This document shows positions 41,968 to 56,906 of a stretch of DNA of 64,000 nucleotides, in pieces. Made by a program: the position numbers and the translations under genes. Position 1 is the first letter of the stretch; each line of letters opens with the position of its first letter. The stretch covers positions 57,722,001 to 57,786,000 of the forward strand of contig OZ024747.1 of the NCBI GenBank assembly GCA_964016885.1, given 5' to 3'. The DNA comes from Eledone cirrhosa (lineage: Eukaryota). The notes under the pieces are model-generated. The model was not told the origin of the DNA, made no database searches, and saw nothing but the letters and a program-made list of their open reading frames with translations.

Positions 41968-42279
41968 TCTTTTCGCTCGGAGAATATAAAATTCCCGAGT
42001 TCAAATCACGAACTGGCGCCATACAGAACTGTTCCCGAGATGAGAGAGTATCATGAAGAAACAATTTTGTCTAGTGCCGTGTGTAAAGATAGAAGGCAGG
42101 GGCGGAAAGGTCAATGTACTGCCACTAGAAATAGCAGCAGTTAAAACTACCAAAATGTTATCTCGACCAGGGGAGATTAATAATAATAAAGTATGTCTCC
42201 CTACATACAAAATGCATATAAGGACACATGTATTATCCAACCGTTTGCCAATGTGGTTCTATGGCAGGTTAATATACAT

Positions 42280-42352
<73 letters not shown>

Positions 42353-42364
42353 CATTCATTCATG

Positions 42365-42424
<60 letters not shown>

Positions 42425-42426
<2 letters not shown>

Positions 42427-43590
42427 CATGAATGAATGTATGTATATTATATTTGGCAATATACCGTATGTTTAATTAAAAACATTTTGAAGACCTTGCG
42501 CTATCATTTTAAAGTAGTGACTATGTCACTTACTTCTTTTTTCGGCAGAGGAAGGGAGAGAAGCTGACAGATTCTGTTTCATACTGTTGGTGTTCCTCGG
42601 AGCAACGTACTCCCCGCCTCTACCGAAAATTATAGAGGCTGGATTCTTATAGAATTCCAGTAATAATCAGGAACTGATTATACAGAGCGATTGCCGGTCC
42701 AGCAAAAATAAAAAAAATAGGATTGGTGCTCTGAAATAGTGATGTATACATGACTATATGTATAGTATATTTGGCAATATACCATATGTTTAATTAAAAA
42801 CATTTCTTTTTCATGTATACATCCCTATTTAAGAGCACCAATCCTAATTTTTTATTTATATATATTTGCAATATACCGTATGTTTAATTAAAAATATTTT
42901 GAAGACCTTGCGCTATCCTTTTAAAGTAGTGACTATGTCACTTACTTCTTTTTTCGGCAAAGGAAGGGAGATAAGCTGACAGATTCTGTTTCACACTGTT
43001 GGTGATCCTCAGAGCAATAATCAGGAACTGATTATTACTGGAATTCTATAAGCATCCAGCCTCTATAATTTTCGGAAGAGGCGTTGCTCTGAGGATCACC
43101 AACAGTGTGAAACAGAATCTGTCTGCTTCTCTCCCTTCCTTTGCCGAAAAAAGAAGTTAGTGTCATAGTCACTACTTTAAAATGATAGCGCAAGGTCTTC
43201 AAAATGTTTTTAATTAAACATATGGTATATTGCCAAATATACTATAAATAGATGCATGTATACATCGCTATTTCAGAACACCAATCCTAATTTTTAACTT
43301 TTGCTGGACCGGCAACCACTCTGTATAATCAGTTCCTGATTATTACTGGAATTCGATAAGAATCCAGCCTCTATAATTTTCGGAAGAGGCGGATCACCAA
43401 CAGTGTGAAACAGATCTGTCAATTTCTCATCCTTCCTTTGCCGAAAAAGAAGTAAGAAGTAAGTGACATAGTCACTAGTTTAAAATGATAGCGCAAGGTC
43501 TTCAAAATGGTTTTAATTAAACATACGGTATATTGCCAAATATACTATACATACATTCATGTATACATCGCTATTTTAGAGGACCAATCT
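42425..43590. mobile_element. Tandem and inverted cluster of a ~320-bp hammerhead-containing monomer (retrozyme-like)
   Basis: Four hammerhead positions: 42563-42603 (-), 42975-43015 (-), 43086-43126 (+), ~43390-43422 (+, core deleted); head-to-tail junctions near 42748 and 43258. Confidence 0.75.
42975..43015 (-). ncRNA. Minimal type-I hammerhead ribozyme
   Basis: GCU-CUGAGGA-U-CAC[CAACA]GUG-U-GAAACAG[AAU]CUGUC^AGC. Confidence 0.78.
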
Positions 43591-43770
43591 TTATATATAT
43601 ATATATATATATATATTATATTCTCAGATGTAAGAAAAACCACAGACCCTCCATCTCAACTCTACTTTTGAAAAGCAGAAGAACTGCGAAACCGGTAAAG
43701 GAACCAAATAAATATATATATTTTTTTAAAAATAAGACTCCAGTTGCATTTTCGATTTCATCTTTTTTTC

Positions 43771-43832
<62 letters not shown>

Positions 43833-45546
43833 TAGATAATCATTATTTTTCGTGATGGATTTCAGTATTTTCAATCATTATTAGACAGTTTCATAGAAAA
43901 TGGAACTAGCGAAACATGATTAATGTAGTTAATAATCTTGAAACAGTTATTCATTTTAAAGATAAGTGACGTCAAATATTTTGATATGTAGTTTGTGGTA
44001 CTTCCGTATTCATTGCTAAATACTTCCCAGCTGCCATGTTTATTTTCTGAGATTAGATCATTTAAAATGATAGCTGCTAATAAAATATACGTTAAACAAT
44101 TCATGTTTTGTTTAGGTTTCATTATATTGTTGTTGCATCTGCTTTTTATCATAATATGTGTAGGCGACTTGTTCATGGTGGTCGGTACACGATTGTAAAA
44201 GCATAAGTTTGATTTCTTCCGGAGGGTTGCATTTTTAAACAAGACACTTTATATCATGTCGCACCGTTTAATTTGAATTAGATTGTGCCAGTAATTTAAA
44301 GGGCCATTCTTGTGACACTTTGTCACACTGATTCAACTCGGAAACCATATAAAGAGGACATTTATCTGTGAAATGTCCAGGTTCATGCACGTTAAATTTA
44401 CGAAGGCCCTGAAAATGTATATATAAGAAATAAAAAAATGGACCCGATATACAACTACCACGTGTTTTTTTTTATTATTTACTGTTTGCCTCTCTCATTG
44501 TAGTATAAAATGTCTTTCAATATATGTTCTATATATCGAATTTTAGAAAACAAACACAATTAAATATATATATATATATTCCTTCCTTCCAGTGTTAAGA
44601 TGTTGTACATTTTATATTCCAAGCCCGTTGTCTAATCATTGATGATCGTAAATTTGTGCGTGCGTAATTATCTCTGCTTTTCTGTCCACATTTTGTTTTG
44701 TTATTGTCTTACTTTCATTTTACCGAGAGTGTGGTCCCCCATCCTATTGTATAAACTGGTATCATAAATCCGATACCACATACATGCGAGAATTTGCTCC
44801 CCAGCTGATGAGGTAAGGATGTTTGCCTTATGTAAATATGTTGCCTTATGTAAATATGTTTTCTGCTGATACTATATTTATATATATTAATACTAACGCG
44901 CTCCATGTTTTGATAAACTTTCACATTTTAACGCTCTCCTCAACTTTCTGTTTGTTCTCTTTGTAATCCTCTCGTTACCCCCCCCCCAACTCTTTCTCTC
45001 ACTGCTTCCTTTCCTTCCACACTCTCCGAGATTTGGTCATTAGATTTCACTTGTCTACTTGCTCTCTTGGGTTTGACCTATCTTTCAGTCTTGTTTCTCA
45101 GCTATATTAGGTTGTAGATCACTTTTCTTCGGCTCCGTAAACCATCCACAATGGCGTGACGAAAGACAACGTTTTCCACTTACTAGTCTTTCCAGCATTA
45201 ATATGGTGTACATCATATATGCAAAGTTCCTTATTCATTTCTAGTCTTGATTTCTTACATATTTACCAATATTTTTGTTGAAAGACATCCGTAAATTTCC
45301 TCATACATTCTTTGATTTATTATCGTCTCATATGCATCCTAGAAACAAAGAAGTCCTCCAATCTGTTTCTAATACAGGCATAACAACTGCAATACGATCT
45401 TAATACGCGAAATTGCACGCAAGCAAGGTGGCTGACAAATTAAAGATGCAGTTCTCTTTGCGTCCATTCGCTACTGATACTAAATATATGAAGAGAGAGA
45501 AAAAGAGTTACATATATACATATACCTATAAATACATACACATGTG

Positions 45547-45598
<52 letters not shown>

Positions 45599-45754
45599 CA
45601 TCGGATCGGGAAACATTTACAGCTGACGATGGAAACTCTTTTCCTTTCTTCCTTTCTCCTTCTGTCCCGTCCTAACCACCATCCTAAACCTTGTTTTTGG
45701 TAGCCACACAGCTCCTTTCGTTTCATATCATTTTGTATATATATATATCTATAT

Positions 45755-45861
<107 letters not shown>

Positions 45862-46016
45862 CATTATGAAGAGAGAATAAACATTTAGATATAATTATGG
45901 ATTGGTCTGTCCCAGTCATTCATTGAGCAACATCGGTGAAGTTGGCACCCTTAACTCACGGTTGGGTGCGGATGCATTCATGTATATGTGTGTGTCCGCG
46001 TGTATCTGTGTGTTTC

Positions 46017-46141
<125 letters not shown>

Positions 46142-46383
46142 TTAGGTGGGTGGGTTTGTATGTACACTTGTTTATGTGATTCAGTCATTCTCAGTATTTC
46201 ATAATCACTGTCATCTCTGTGTTCCTGTTATTATTTCAGTTTGATCTTCACTCTATCTTGTACCATCATTCTTTATAATTTTCCCTTTCCTGAGAAATAG
46301 AAAAAAAACGAAATAATTTCATATATATAAAGCGATATATAGATAGATATACATATATATTTATATATATACATACAATATAT

Positions 46384-46468
<85 letters not shown>

Positions 46469-46480
46469 TATACATACATT

Positions 46481-46539
<59 letters not shown>

Positions 46540-47228
46540 ATATATGAGTTATGAAAAATGTTAGTTATACACATCCCATCAAAAATTACAGTTTCTATGA
46601 TATATCGTTGCATCTTTGTTCAATTTTCCATCTAGCTTATTACGAGAATGTTATTATTTTTACTGTCTTTGTTGTTGTTTTTATTTTAGTTATTTCCGTC
46701 TGTTTACTTAGATTTCCTTCTATTTTCGATCATCTTTCATCATTAAGATCGATCATTGTTTCAATTTTTTTCATTTCCTTGTTTCTTTTTCCCTTCAGTT
46801 TGCTTTTTCTTGGTTGAAAAATAATGGCGTGTGCCTTTCATTTCTGTAATATTATGTTTTATCTTTAATTTCGTGGTTGCATTCATTAATTTTCTTTTAC
46901 ATTCATCTTGTTGTTTGTTCTGCTTTTAATCATGAAACTGCAAAGTTATAGAAAGGTCTGCTATTGACTAGTTAATGACATATTTATATATTTATAGATA
47001 TATTAAGTAAAATGCATTGTTGTCCACTTTCTCATCTTCAATGGTAAGTACGTATAAAACAATAGTATGGCGGATTTTATTTTTGGCATTTTGTTTGCTT
47101 GTCTTGTTCTATATTAAGTTGTTATTTGCTTTTGATTTTGTAACTATTATATTGTCTTTTCACCATTGAGTTCATATCCTTCATATTCTTGGGAGTTTAC
47201 ATGACGGAAAATATCCATCTATTTCTCC

Positions 47229-47348
<120 letters not shown>

Positions 47349-47353
47349 GTATA

Positions 47354-47447
<94 letters not shown>

Positions 47448-50139
47448 AATGACCTATAATGGCGTAAACGAATATATCATAAATATGATATGATAACATA
47501 GTAGAAAAAAAGTTAATGAGAAATAAATACCTCTCATAATATGGATGTGGAAAAATGGAATGTTCATTATAATATGTATAAAACAATGTCACATGAAATC
47601 GAAACAGGATCGTGCATTCAGTGTGCAAGCGCTTACTGTCACCTCACAATGCACAATGGTATTACTTTCAATGATTGAAACCGCTGTGTGTACGGCTGTA
47701 TATTTGAAGAATGTGAGAAGCGTTAAGAAAAGGTCAGGGGAAATTTCGTCAAAACAGTATAGGTTCTTAATTCAAATGTCAGCCAATAAATATTACTTTC
47801 TTTTTATCTCACTGAAATCGAAAAAAATATTTACCAATAGTAAAATGTAAACTACTACATAAATGCATCAAGACAGGAACAATCAATTATTTAAATTTAC
47901 TTACTTAATTAGGAGTATCAATCATTATATTGAAGTCTAACTTTAGGTGAGATGGTCAGAACTCATAATTTTAATTAATTCAAATAATATAAGATAGAAA
48001 TTATTGTGAAGTAATTCTGAACATTGGCAATATGATGACAAATTTAAACATGTTTAAGTGGTATTAAACCCCATCAGTGTAGCTTAATCTTTGAATTTCT
48101 GCCTATAGTAAATCTCTTTTTTACTCTTTAACTAGGTTTAATCATTTGATGGCTGACATTTTAGGACCCCGTCTTAAAATGATTCTGTCGATCGATAAGG
48201 AGCCTCACTACTTACCATGTAAGACATGGTATTTGGTTTATCAATCTACTGTTACCGAATAGTTACGTCGCTGTAGATGACAAAGACCAAAAGGTATGTA
48301 TGTATAAATATTAAATTTCATACAAACATTTACAATTTAAAATCTAAGTAAACCTTCCCTATATAGGTTAATTCATTGTACGTACGTCCGTACGTATACA
48401 TGTATGTATGTATATAAATATGTGTGTGTGAGTGTGTGTAGTGGTCAATGTTAGCAACACAAACCAGCCATTGGAAAATTACGCTCTTTTTCATGTTTGT
48501 CTGCATTGTTGGCGTGAAGACTTTTACATAAATGTTACTTTGAAATTATAGCGGACAGAATTGAAAAAAAAAAAAATGAAAACCAGAGTAAAATAAAGAA
48601 GAAGAAAACTGCCTAATAGTTTATATTTGTTTATATGTATATAAATTTATTTATTCACTTTTTAAATAAACAAGAGTTATTTTAGTGATTGAACCTAACA
48701 TTACTGCATATGCTCTTGTGATCATGTGTGTGGGGCGCAGCCCCAACAACGCCGTACCCTAGGCCCAGAGCCTATCCAACCCTCCTCCTCCCCCATTCTT
48801 CTGTGGCCCTAGAGCCTATCCACCACCTTCTCCCCCTCTCATTCTTCTGTGACCCTAGAATGATTGCTTTTTCCTTTCTTTTTCCGTTCTTAAATATTTG
48901 TAGTGATTTTTTAATTATTTCATAGTCATTCATTCATGTAGTTGCTCATTTAATAAATTGTGTGTATTTCTATTTAAATTTGACACTCACAAAGTTGGCT
49001 TAAAAACCATGGAAAATTATATAAATATGAAAGAGAGAGATAAAAACAAAATTAAGTAATGAGAAAAAGGGGAAGGGGTAAATATGGGGAGATCTGGTTG
49101 TATAGGAAACTAGGGGAAAGAACTGATTTACCTCATATTTCGTAACACTTCGAGATTTGAACCTCATTTTAGAAATAAATATATTTGAGTGTAGGATTGA
49201 CGGTGAACAATGCATTACATAGTCTTGATTATAATTGAATAATTTCATATTGTGCACGCGAGTATATTACAGGATAGATATTTACTCTATATTTTGTTTA
49301 CATAAAAATCAATAATGTTACTACGATTTAATGGACTTCCGGCAAAAATCAATTGAATCGTGTTTGTTGATGTTGTTTTCATAAATTCTAATCATTTGAT
49401 GTCTTTAATTCTTCTTGTTCATTAATACCCCTTTATTGAGACACAGAGGAAAATATCCAATATGTTAGATCTATTTCCTTTTTCTGCGTGCATGATTCGA
49501 TTAGTGGGTGTATATGTATGTTTGTATAGTTATGAAAGTATACATAACCTTGTGTAATTTATCTATTAATATATGTAAAAATTGCATGTGTAAATGCAGC
49601 TGCAAGACCTAAGTAAAGTACAAGTGAACTGGTGAATAATGGAAATTAAAATAAGGAGAGAGAAGGATAGGGAAACATCAAAATGCATTCAATGTAAATA
49701 AGGCCCAGTTTAGAAAATTGATAAGATTGAATTACAGTTATTATATATGAAGGATGGTATAAGAGTATATTTAAAATGTGCGAGATTGGGAGCGTGTATG
49801 TAACTGATATACTATGTTTATATCATTTCTATAATACAAATGAAATGTAAGGCATCAGATGTATCAGAAATAGGCAAATAGATTTCGGTTTGCTTAATAT
49901 AGGAGGAAAAATAGAGACACAAATCATGAGCGTTTTCTTGTCAACATATATAGATTTGTTTCTAAAAGTATATCATTAGAGAAGCACACATATACTGACT
50001 GACTAAGACAACCACACACACGTTCACGTGCACATATATATGAATGAACAGCCCCCCCCAAACACACACCCAAACATATATATATATATATGATGGTTGC
50101 CCTCTCATTATCGAGTATGGCCATTGCACGATATACCAT

Positions 50140-50323
50140 TATTAATAATTGTTTCTACTTTAGGCACAAGGCCAGCAATTACCCAGTGCATTACTTATAC
50201 TTTATTTTATCGACCCTGTAAGGATGAAAGGCAAAGTCAACCTCGGCGGGATTTGAACTCAGATCGTAAAGGGACGTAACTATGCTGGAAAGCATGGCGT
50301 CCGACCCTCTACCGATACTGCCA
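50140..50323 (-). mobile_element. tRNA-derived SINE
   Basis: Same family as 24764-24952. Confidence 0.9.
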
Positions 50324-50712
50324 TATTAATAATAATTAATTAATTCTATCGTGCAATGCCTGTGCGTGAAGATATTTTTTAAAGTGACGAAAGACTGTGC
50401 ACTGAGCCAATCCCACTCTCTGAGAGACAGTAGCTATAACTCTAAAAGAAGAAAAGATCAACATGATCGGTAACTACTGAGCCGCAGGTTTTTATATTGG
50501 AGTTATCCCAGTTTCCCGAGTTGCCTCCTCCTATAAGAATGCCCTTAGAAAGGCTAGGTGTCCTTCACTCTCAGTGGTTTAACCGCGCGATCGGGTGTCC
50601 AGCCCGACTATTTGTATGTCCCAGTATATACATACATATATACATACATATATATATATATATATAATAAAATAAAACAAGGACGAGTGGTTACACCTTT
50701 ATTACGTTTATT

Positions 50713-50798
50713 GGTTAGTGACGCGCGTTTCGCCACAGATCAGCTCAAAGTTCGATCTCTATCGATCTAACGCGACTCTGTAATGGCTCGTCAGAACC
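50713..50798 (-). ncRNA. Hammerhead-like motif with long stem II
   Basis: CUGACGA-GCCA...UGGC-GAAAC[GCGC]GUC^; stem I imperfect; TA-flanked island 50667-50847. Confidence 0.6.
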
Positions 50799-50887
50799 TT
50801 TTGGTGGTAATGGTAGAACCTGCAGTAAATCCGCGTTACACTCCCTGGATATATACATATATATATATAAATATATATATATACATA

Positions 50888-50991
<104 letters not shown>

Positions 50992-51002
50992 GTATATGTA
51001 TG

Positions 51003-51089
<87 letters not shown>

Positions 51090-51090
51090 G

Positions 51091-51163
<73 letters not shown>

Positions 51164-51566
51164 GCATTGAACCATGCATACATATATACGTTTATACATA
51201 CATAATACATATGGTGGATGATCTGTCGGGTGTGGCAGTGAGCATTCAGTTTGATCAACTGAACTTCCAGTAAATACTCGTCAATTAACATGTAAGTCAT
51301 TGAGTGTTTCAAAGACATATCATTTTTAAGCAATTCTTAATCCAAATTAAAGGGACATAATTTATGGACAACGCTGAATAATACACTCGAGATATTCACA
51401 CACAGTTTCACACACAGTTTCTGTCGGACTATTTGACTTAAACGGCTTTGGTCGATTCGAAGCTCTAATGTAAGCGTTTGATCTAAAGGCTATGCAAAAT
51501 CTTATGGATGAGAAGTGGACATCTCAACCATGCAGCCAGTCTTTTGTCCCCATCTACATACATATA

Positions 51567-52465
51567 CAGGGTGGTCCAAAAAGATGTATCTATTTTATTA
51601 TCGCTATCATTTCTAAGAAAATTAACCCAGGCTTCTGTTTTTCAGGTAAATCAGAGCTCCAAAGTTTTATTACCCAGCTTCAAGGGATCAAGCAACAAGA
51701 TATTCCGTGCAGGAGAGGATCAAGATTGTAGAGACCTATTTCGCGACGAAATCGGTTGTCCAAATGAAAATTTCGGAGGGACTTTCCAGGGAGAAACGTT
51801 CCAACCAGACTCACAATAAAGCGCCTCCTGGTCAAATTCAGGGAGAAGGGAAGTGTACAGGATAAACATTAAAGGTCGATGTGGCCGGCCATGGTTAGTC
51901 AGGACAGTAAATCACCTCGCGACTGTGTGACAACGTTTGGATCAGTCTCCAAGGAAATCCACAAGACGTTTGTCCCAGGAGACAGATCTTTCAAGGAGTT
52001 CAGTTATGCGCATAATGCACCAGGATCTTCACCTGTTTCCGTATAAGATACAGATTTTACAACTTCAGACCGATGCAAATAAGGCTGAGAGACGTGCCTT
52101 TGTGCAAACCATCAGTCATCGAATCGAAGACCATCCTGATTTCTTGGACTTCATTTTTTTCAGTAACGAGGCAAATTTCCACCTTAGTGGTCACGTGAAC
52201 AAACAGAATATGCGCTTTTGTTGGACAGGGTGATTACACACTTCAATGTGCGAGGAGCCACAGTAATTCAGCGCCAAGGAGCTGGGTTCGAGCACATTAT
52301 AAACTATTGAGCTGTGCTCGCAAAATGTTGGTATGGTAGGAAAAAAGTTAAACCACACAAAACTTACATGTCTGTAAGACATATCGATGAAAAAATTGTA
52401 ATGTTTTCCATTCAATAGAAAATACTACTTTATCAAAAATGGATACATCTTTTTGGACCACCCTG
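51567..52465 (+). mobile_element. Internally deleted Tc1/mariner DNA transposon
   Basis: TIRs CAGGGTGGTCCAAAAAGATGTATC / GATACATCTTTTTGGACCACCCTG, TA target duplication, transposase remnant SPRKSTRRLS..FPYKIQ..FSNEANFHLSGHVNKQN. Confidence 0.93.
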
Positions 52466-52653
52466 TATGTATATATTTATATATATATATTGTTATACTT
52501 TGGGAGGGTCATGTTGCCAATAAGAAACACACGCACCACCTACTTTCACTTCAATTTATTATATATTTATAAATTTATAAATTTACAAAGTATAACAATA
52601 TCGGTTTCAACACAATTTCAGATAAAGAATCTTGCTAAACAAATTCAGAAACG

Positions 52654-52704
<51 letters not shown>

Positions 52705-52809
52705 CAAGAAAGTAAGTGTTGGTAAAATCCAGTACTTCAGTATGCGGATAGGAAGCACTCAACGAAGATATAAGTTCCGGAGTTATAATAGTGACGAATC
52801 CTTTATTTA

Positions 52810-52863
52810 CTGCTATATATATTTCAATGATAGCCATTGAATGGCTATGACCTCATCAGGAAG
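52810..52863 (-). ncRNA. Minimal type-I hammerhead-like motif
   Basis: CUUC-CUGAUGA-GGUCAUAGCCAU[UCA]AUGGCUAUCAUU-GAAAU[AUAU]AUA^GCAG; one stem I mismatch. Confidence 0.68.
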
Positions 52864-53605
52864 TTAGTGAGTTCTTAGATATGCCAGCTCTGTGCTTATA
52901 GTGTTGATGGTATCAGAGCCTTGGAACATATATGTCCCAAGGCTCTGATGTTGATTTAAAACTTCACTATTCACAAGTGCTTTTTAAGCTTCATATCATG
53001 TATCCCTATTTTATCTGATGAAAACGCAGACATCATCCCATGATGATATTTGTTTTTGAAATGCGCATAATAAAATACTTGGAACTCTTTTAACCATCTT
53101 TTGATCTTATATTATTTATACTCCAGTCCTACAAACTGTAGAGTGCTACTTATCCGATATTTGCATTGCTTTATTGTGCTACAATAAAACTCACCTCCTA
53201 CACACGCACACACACACACACCCACACACACACACATATATATATAACAAAAATAAGATGGTGAGGTTATATACATAGTTTAATCTTTATAATTATTTCC
53301 ACGATTCTCCATGCAATCGAGATGTCCATCATGCATTATCATTATGAGAACGTTATCCTCAGATAAAAATCGACATGATTGATATGTCATTGGCAGAAAA
53401 AACACACGCCCGAACGCCTGCGTGCCAAGCATACATATGAGTTCCTTGAAGGGTTTGCCAGCCGTCGTGTTTGCTAGAAAAAGCTATCAACGAAAAAGAC
53501 GAAATGAACGAAGAACTGTGTGTAGCCAAATATATATATATATATATATATAAAACAAGAAGTGTAAGTCAACAGGTTAAAATTAGTTTCGTTTATACAT
53601 ATTCC

Positions 53606-53662
53606 CTGTAACACGTATTTCGGTGATAACAATAATTCAGTAGTAATGACCTCATCAGGCAG
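53606..53662 (-). ncRNA. Degenerate minimal hammerhead-like motif
   Basis: CUGC-CUGAUGA-GGUC...CACC-GAAAU[ACGU]GUU^ACAG. Confidence 0.55.
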
Positions 53663-53909
53663 CTAGAACTTGAACCGAAAAAAAACAAAACAAAACAGGG
53701 AAACATAGTGGGGAATAGAGTTTACCTCATTAATTCGTTGATATGCCCAGATCCGGAAAGTGGTATTGTTAATCCAGAGAACTGTCGGCATATGAACTAA
53801 AATGAACAAAATGTGGCATCCGAAGGGTATACTTTCTTCTCATTGTTCAGATACCATCATGACAGCTCAGTTGTCCTTGAAGCAGGTCAGCCTGCCATAG
53901 TACATTTTA

Positions 53910-54553
53910 ACTGTTTCTACTTTTGGCACAAGACCAGCAATTACACAGTGTATTAATGGTAATTTATTTTATCGACCCCGTAAGGATGAAAGGCAAAGTT
54001 AACCTAGGCGGGATTTGAACTCAGATCATGAAGTGACGTAACTCTATGCGTCAAAGCATGGCGTCCGACTCTCTACCGATACTGCAAATCCACCGCCCTA
54101 TATATACTTACGATATATCCATTGCCGTCAGTATATTTTAACAATCAGCTATAATATCTGTAAGTAGGGGTGTGTGGCCCAGTTGACCTATATTACTATG
54201 GTGACTGTTGTGTAGGCAGGTCAGAGGCGATCTCTCTCTTGCGGTAGTATTCTAGCGTGTAACTCGATATGGCTACATCTGGGAGAGGGAAGGTCTATCA
54301 ATATCATGTTAGTAGGATATGTTAGAATTATTCCTATAAGAATTAATAAGTGTTAACATTTAATTGTTTCTACATTTGGCGCAAGGCCAGCAATTGATCT
54401 AGTGCATTACTGGTACTTTATTTTATCGACCCCGTAAGGATGAAAGGCAAAGTTAACCTCGACGGGATTTGAACTCACACCATAATGGGACATAACTCTT
54501 TGCTGCAAAGCATGGCGTCAGACCCTCTACCGATACTACCAATCCACCGCCCT
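53910..54553 (-). mobile_element. Two tRNA-derived SINE copies (53910-54099, 54361-54553)
   Basis: Same family as 24764-24952. Confidence 0.88.
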
Positions 54554-55109
54554 TATAAGTGTTAAACATTAATAAATGTTAAACATTATAATCGATATTT
54601 TAAACATGTACTACATACCCACAAACAGACATCCACGTAGCCTCAGTCGCACACGCACATATATCCATGCCCGCACACACACACCCACCTTTATACATTC
54701 ACATACAACTATATCTAAGCATATCTGCGAGGACATCTATACACTCACTCACAAAAATAGATACGTACACAAACGTACGCACTTACACAGACGTAAGTGT
54801 ACTCTTTGGAGGGGTGGGAAGAGAAATAATAGGTGCCTCGTAATTACTTATCAACACTAGTACGGGCTTTCGTGTGTGAAAGAGATTAGGTTTGAGGTAG
54901 ATTGTTCTTCGGAGAACCGGATCACTGTTCGGGGGTAGATGGTGAAGACCGGTGGTCAGAAATGTGGAGGCATGGGGATCTCCGGTGTAGGACACTGCCA
55001 ACGTATATTGTCTCACTAATTAACTAGTGGCCGAACTATATATATGGGGGGAATTTGTAGTTTACCTGAATTTATATATTGTGTATATATATATATATAT
55101 ATATATAAG

Positions 55110-55814
55110 TTATTCCGGGTTGAATCCGAGGCAACCGCAGTAAGTAAGGTACTCAATACGTAGCAGAGTATACAAGTTTTAATATAGAAGAACTTCTACA
55201 GGACTAGAACTGTTTCATTCGTGAGAAATCATCAGGAAGCTGGTTTTCCAAGTACATGGTAGTATTTATGTCTTTCCATATCTGGTGGTAGGAGAGGGTG
55301 GGAATTGGGATGGGTGTAGGTCATTGGTTGAAGGATTTAATGAAAGGGGATTCATTGAAAGCTATGATATTAACAAAGGAAGAAAGAATACTGTAAACAA
55401 ATTCAAAATTGGAATACCAATCCTTGTTTATCACTTAGACTAACAATGGCTGTAAGACAGGTGTCTACAGGATGTGTGGGCTTCTAAAGAATTTCCCTTT
55501 TCTTTAAACCATTGAACCCCACCCATCCTGTAGACACCTGTCTTGCAGCCATTGTTAGTCTAATTGATAAACAAGGATTGGTATTCCAATTTTGAACTTG
55601 TTTGCAGTATTCTTTCTTCCTTTGTTAATATTATAGCTTTAAAGAATTAGCTTTTAATGAATCCCCATTCATTAAATCATTCAACCAATGACCTACACCC
55701 ATCCCAATCCCCACCCTCTCCTACCACCAGCTAAGGAAAGACATAAATACTACTATTTACTTGGACAGCCAGCTTCCTGATTTTTCATAAATGAAACAGT
55801 TCTAGTCCTGTAGA

Positions 55815-55818
<4 letters not shown>
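55110..55818. mobile_element. TA-flanked fold-back element with ~290-bp inverted arms
   Basis: 55191-55480 vs 55520-55818 reverse complement. Confidence 0.85.
55191..55241 (-). ncRNA. Type-I hammerhead ribozyme
   Basis: AGCUUC-CUGAUGA-U-UUC[UCAC]GAA-U-GAAACAG[UUCUAGUC]CUGUA^GAAGUU. Confidence 0.8.
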
Positions 55819-55885
<67 letters not shown>

Positions 55886-56781
55886 GTTATCATATGCATA
55901 TCATATATATATATATATCATATGCATATATATCATATATATATATATATATATCATATGCATATATATATATATATATAAACATGTGAAGAAAGAAGAA
56001 TACTGCGTGGTTGCACATGGGTTACATATGATAAAAATAGTCCTTCGTCAGTGATTTGCCAACCATCATTGATATTTCATCGCATTAAAAATCATATACC
56101 TCAGGTTGGTGCGAGCAATAACTAAAAAAAGCTATTGAGACAAGTAAATCGCGTAAAGCGAGTGAGACAAGTAAACAACATGGAAGGATCAAAGCAACGC
56201 AAAGATGGGAATAAACAAGCAACATGATTATCCGGTCAGCATACGCTGGGTGGATTTCATGAGCGGTCAAGATACAGACCGTCCGACGTGAGTGAGATGT
56301 GAGCAAGAAGAGAACCCACTAGCCAAACGGGAGGAAGTGAGAAGGGGAGAAGCAGAGAGTGAGTGAGTGGAAGTGCGAGGAAGAGGTCAGTCGAGAGAAA
56401 GTGTAACTGACAGAGGGGGCGAAAGAAGGTGAGAGCAACAGAGAGAACGGGTAAGCAGTAAGAGAGAAACAGACAAAAGCAGCCGAGGTAAATATATATA
56501 AAAAACATGAAAAGAAAGATGAAAACTGCGTGGTTGCACATGGGTTACATATGATAAAATCGCTGCTTTCACCCTTAACGGTTTGGATTTTAGTCTTCAA
56601 ATTTATTATTATTACTATATCTATATGTATTATATATATATATATATGTATATACATATGTATATATATATATATATATATATATTAAGGAACGATCGAC
56701 TTTCGTCAAATCGGACCGAGGGAACAATGTTTCCGTTGGTCTTTCCAATTGCTAATACTATCTATCGGTCGCAACTCCAGG

Positions 56782-56906
56782 TAGAAGGAGCAACGTGAAA
56801 TAAAGTGTCTTGTTCAAGGACATAACGCATCGCCTGGTCCAGGAATCGAACTCACAACCTCACGATTGCGAATCCAATTCTCTAACCACTCAGCCACACG
56901 CCTTCA
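56782..56906 (-). mobile_element. 5' part of a second tRNA-derived SINE family
   Basis: - strand ggcgtgtggctgagtggttaga (A-box) ... gagttcgattcct (B-box) ... tccttgaacaagacact. Confidence 0.8.

Noticed and set aside
56002-56560. CUGANGA on the - strand near 56046-56052 and 3628-3634 in a dispersed repeat with a terminal direct repeat
   Set aside because: No downstream stem II closure or GAAA could be found, so I did not call a hammerhead
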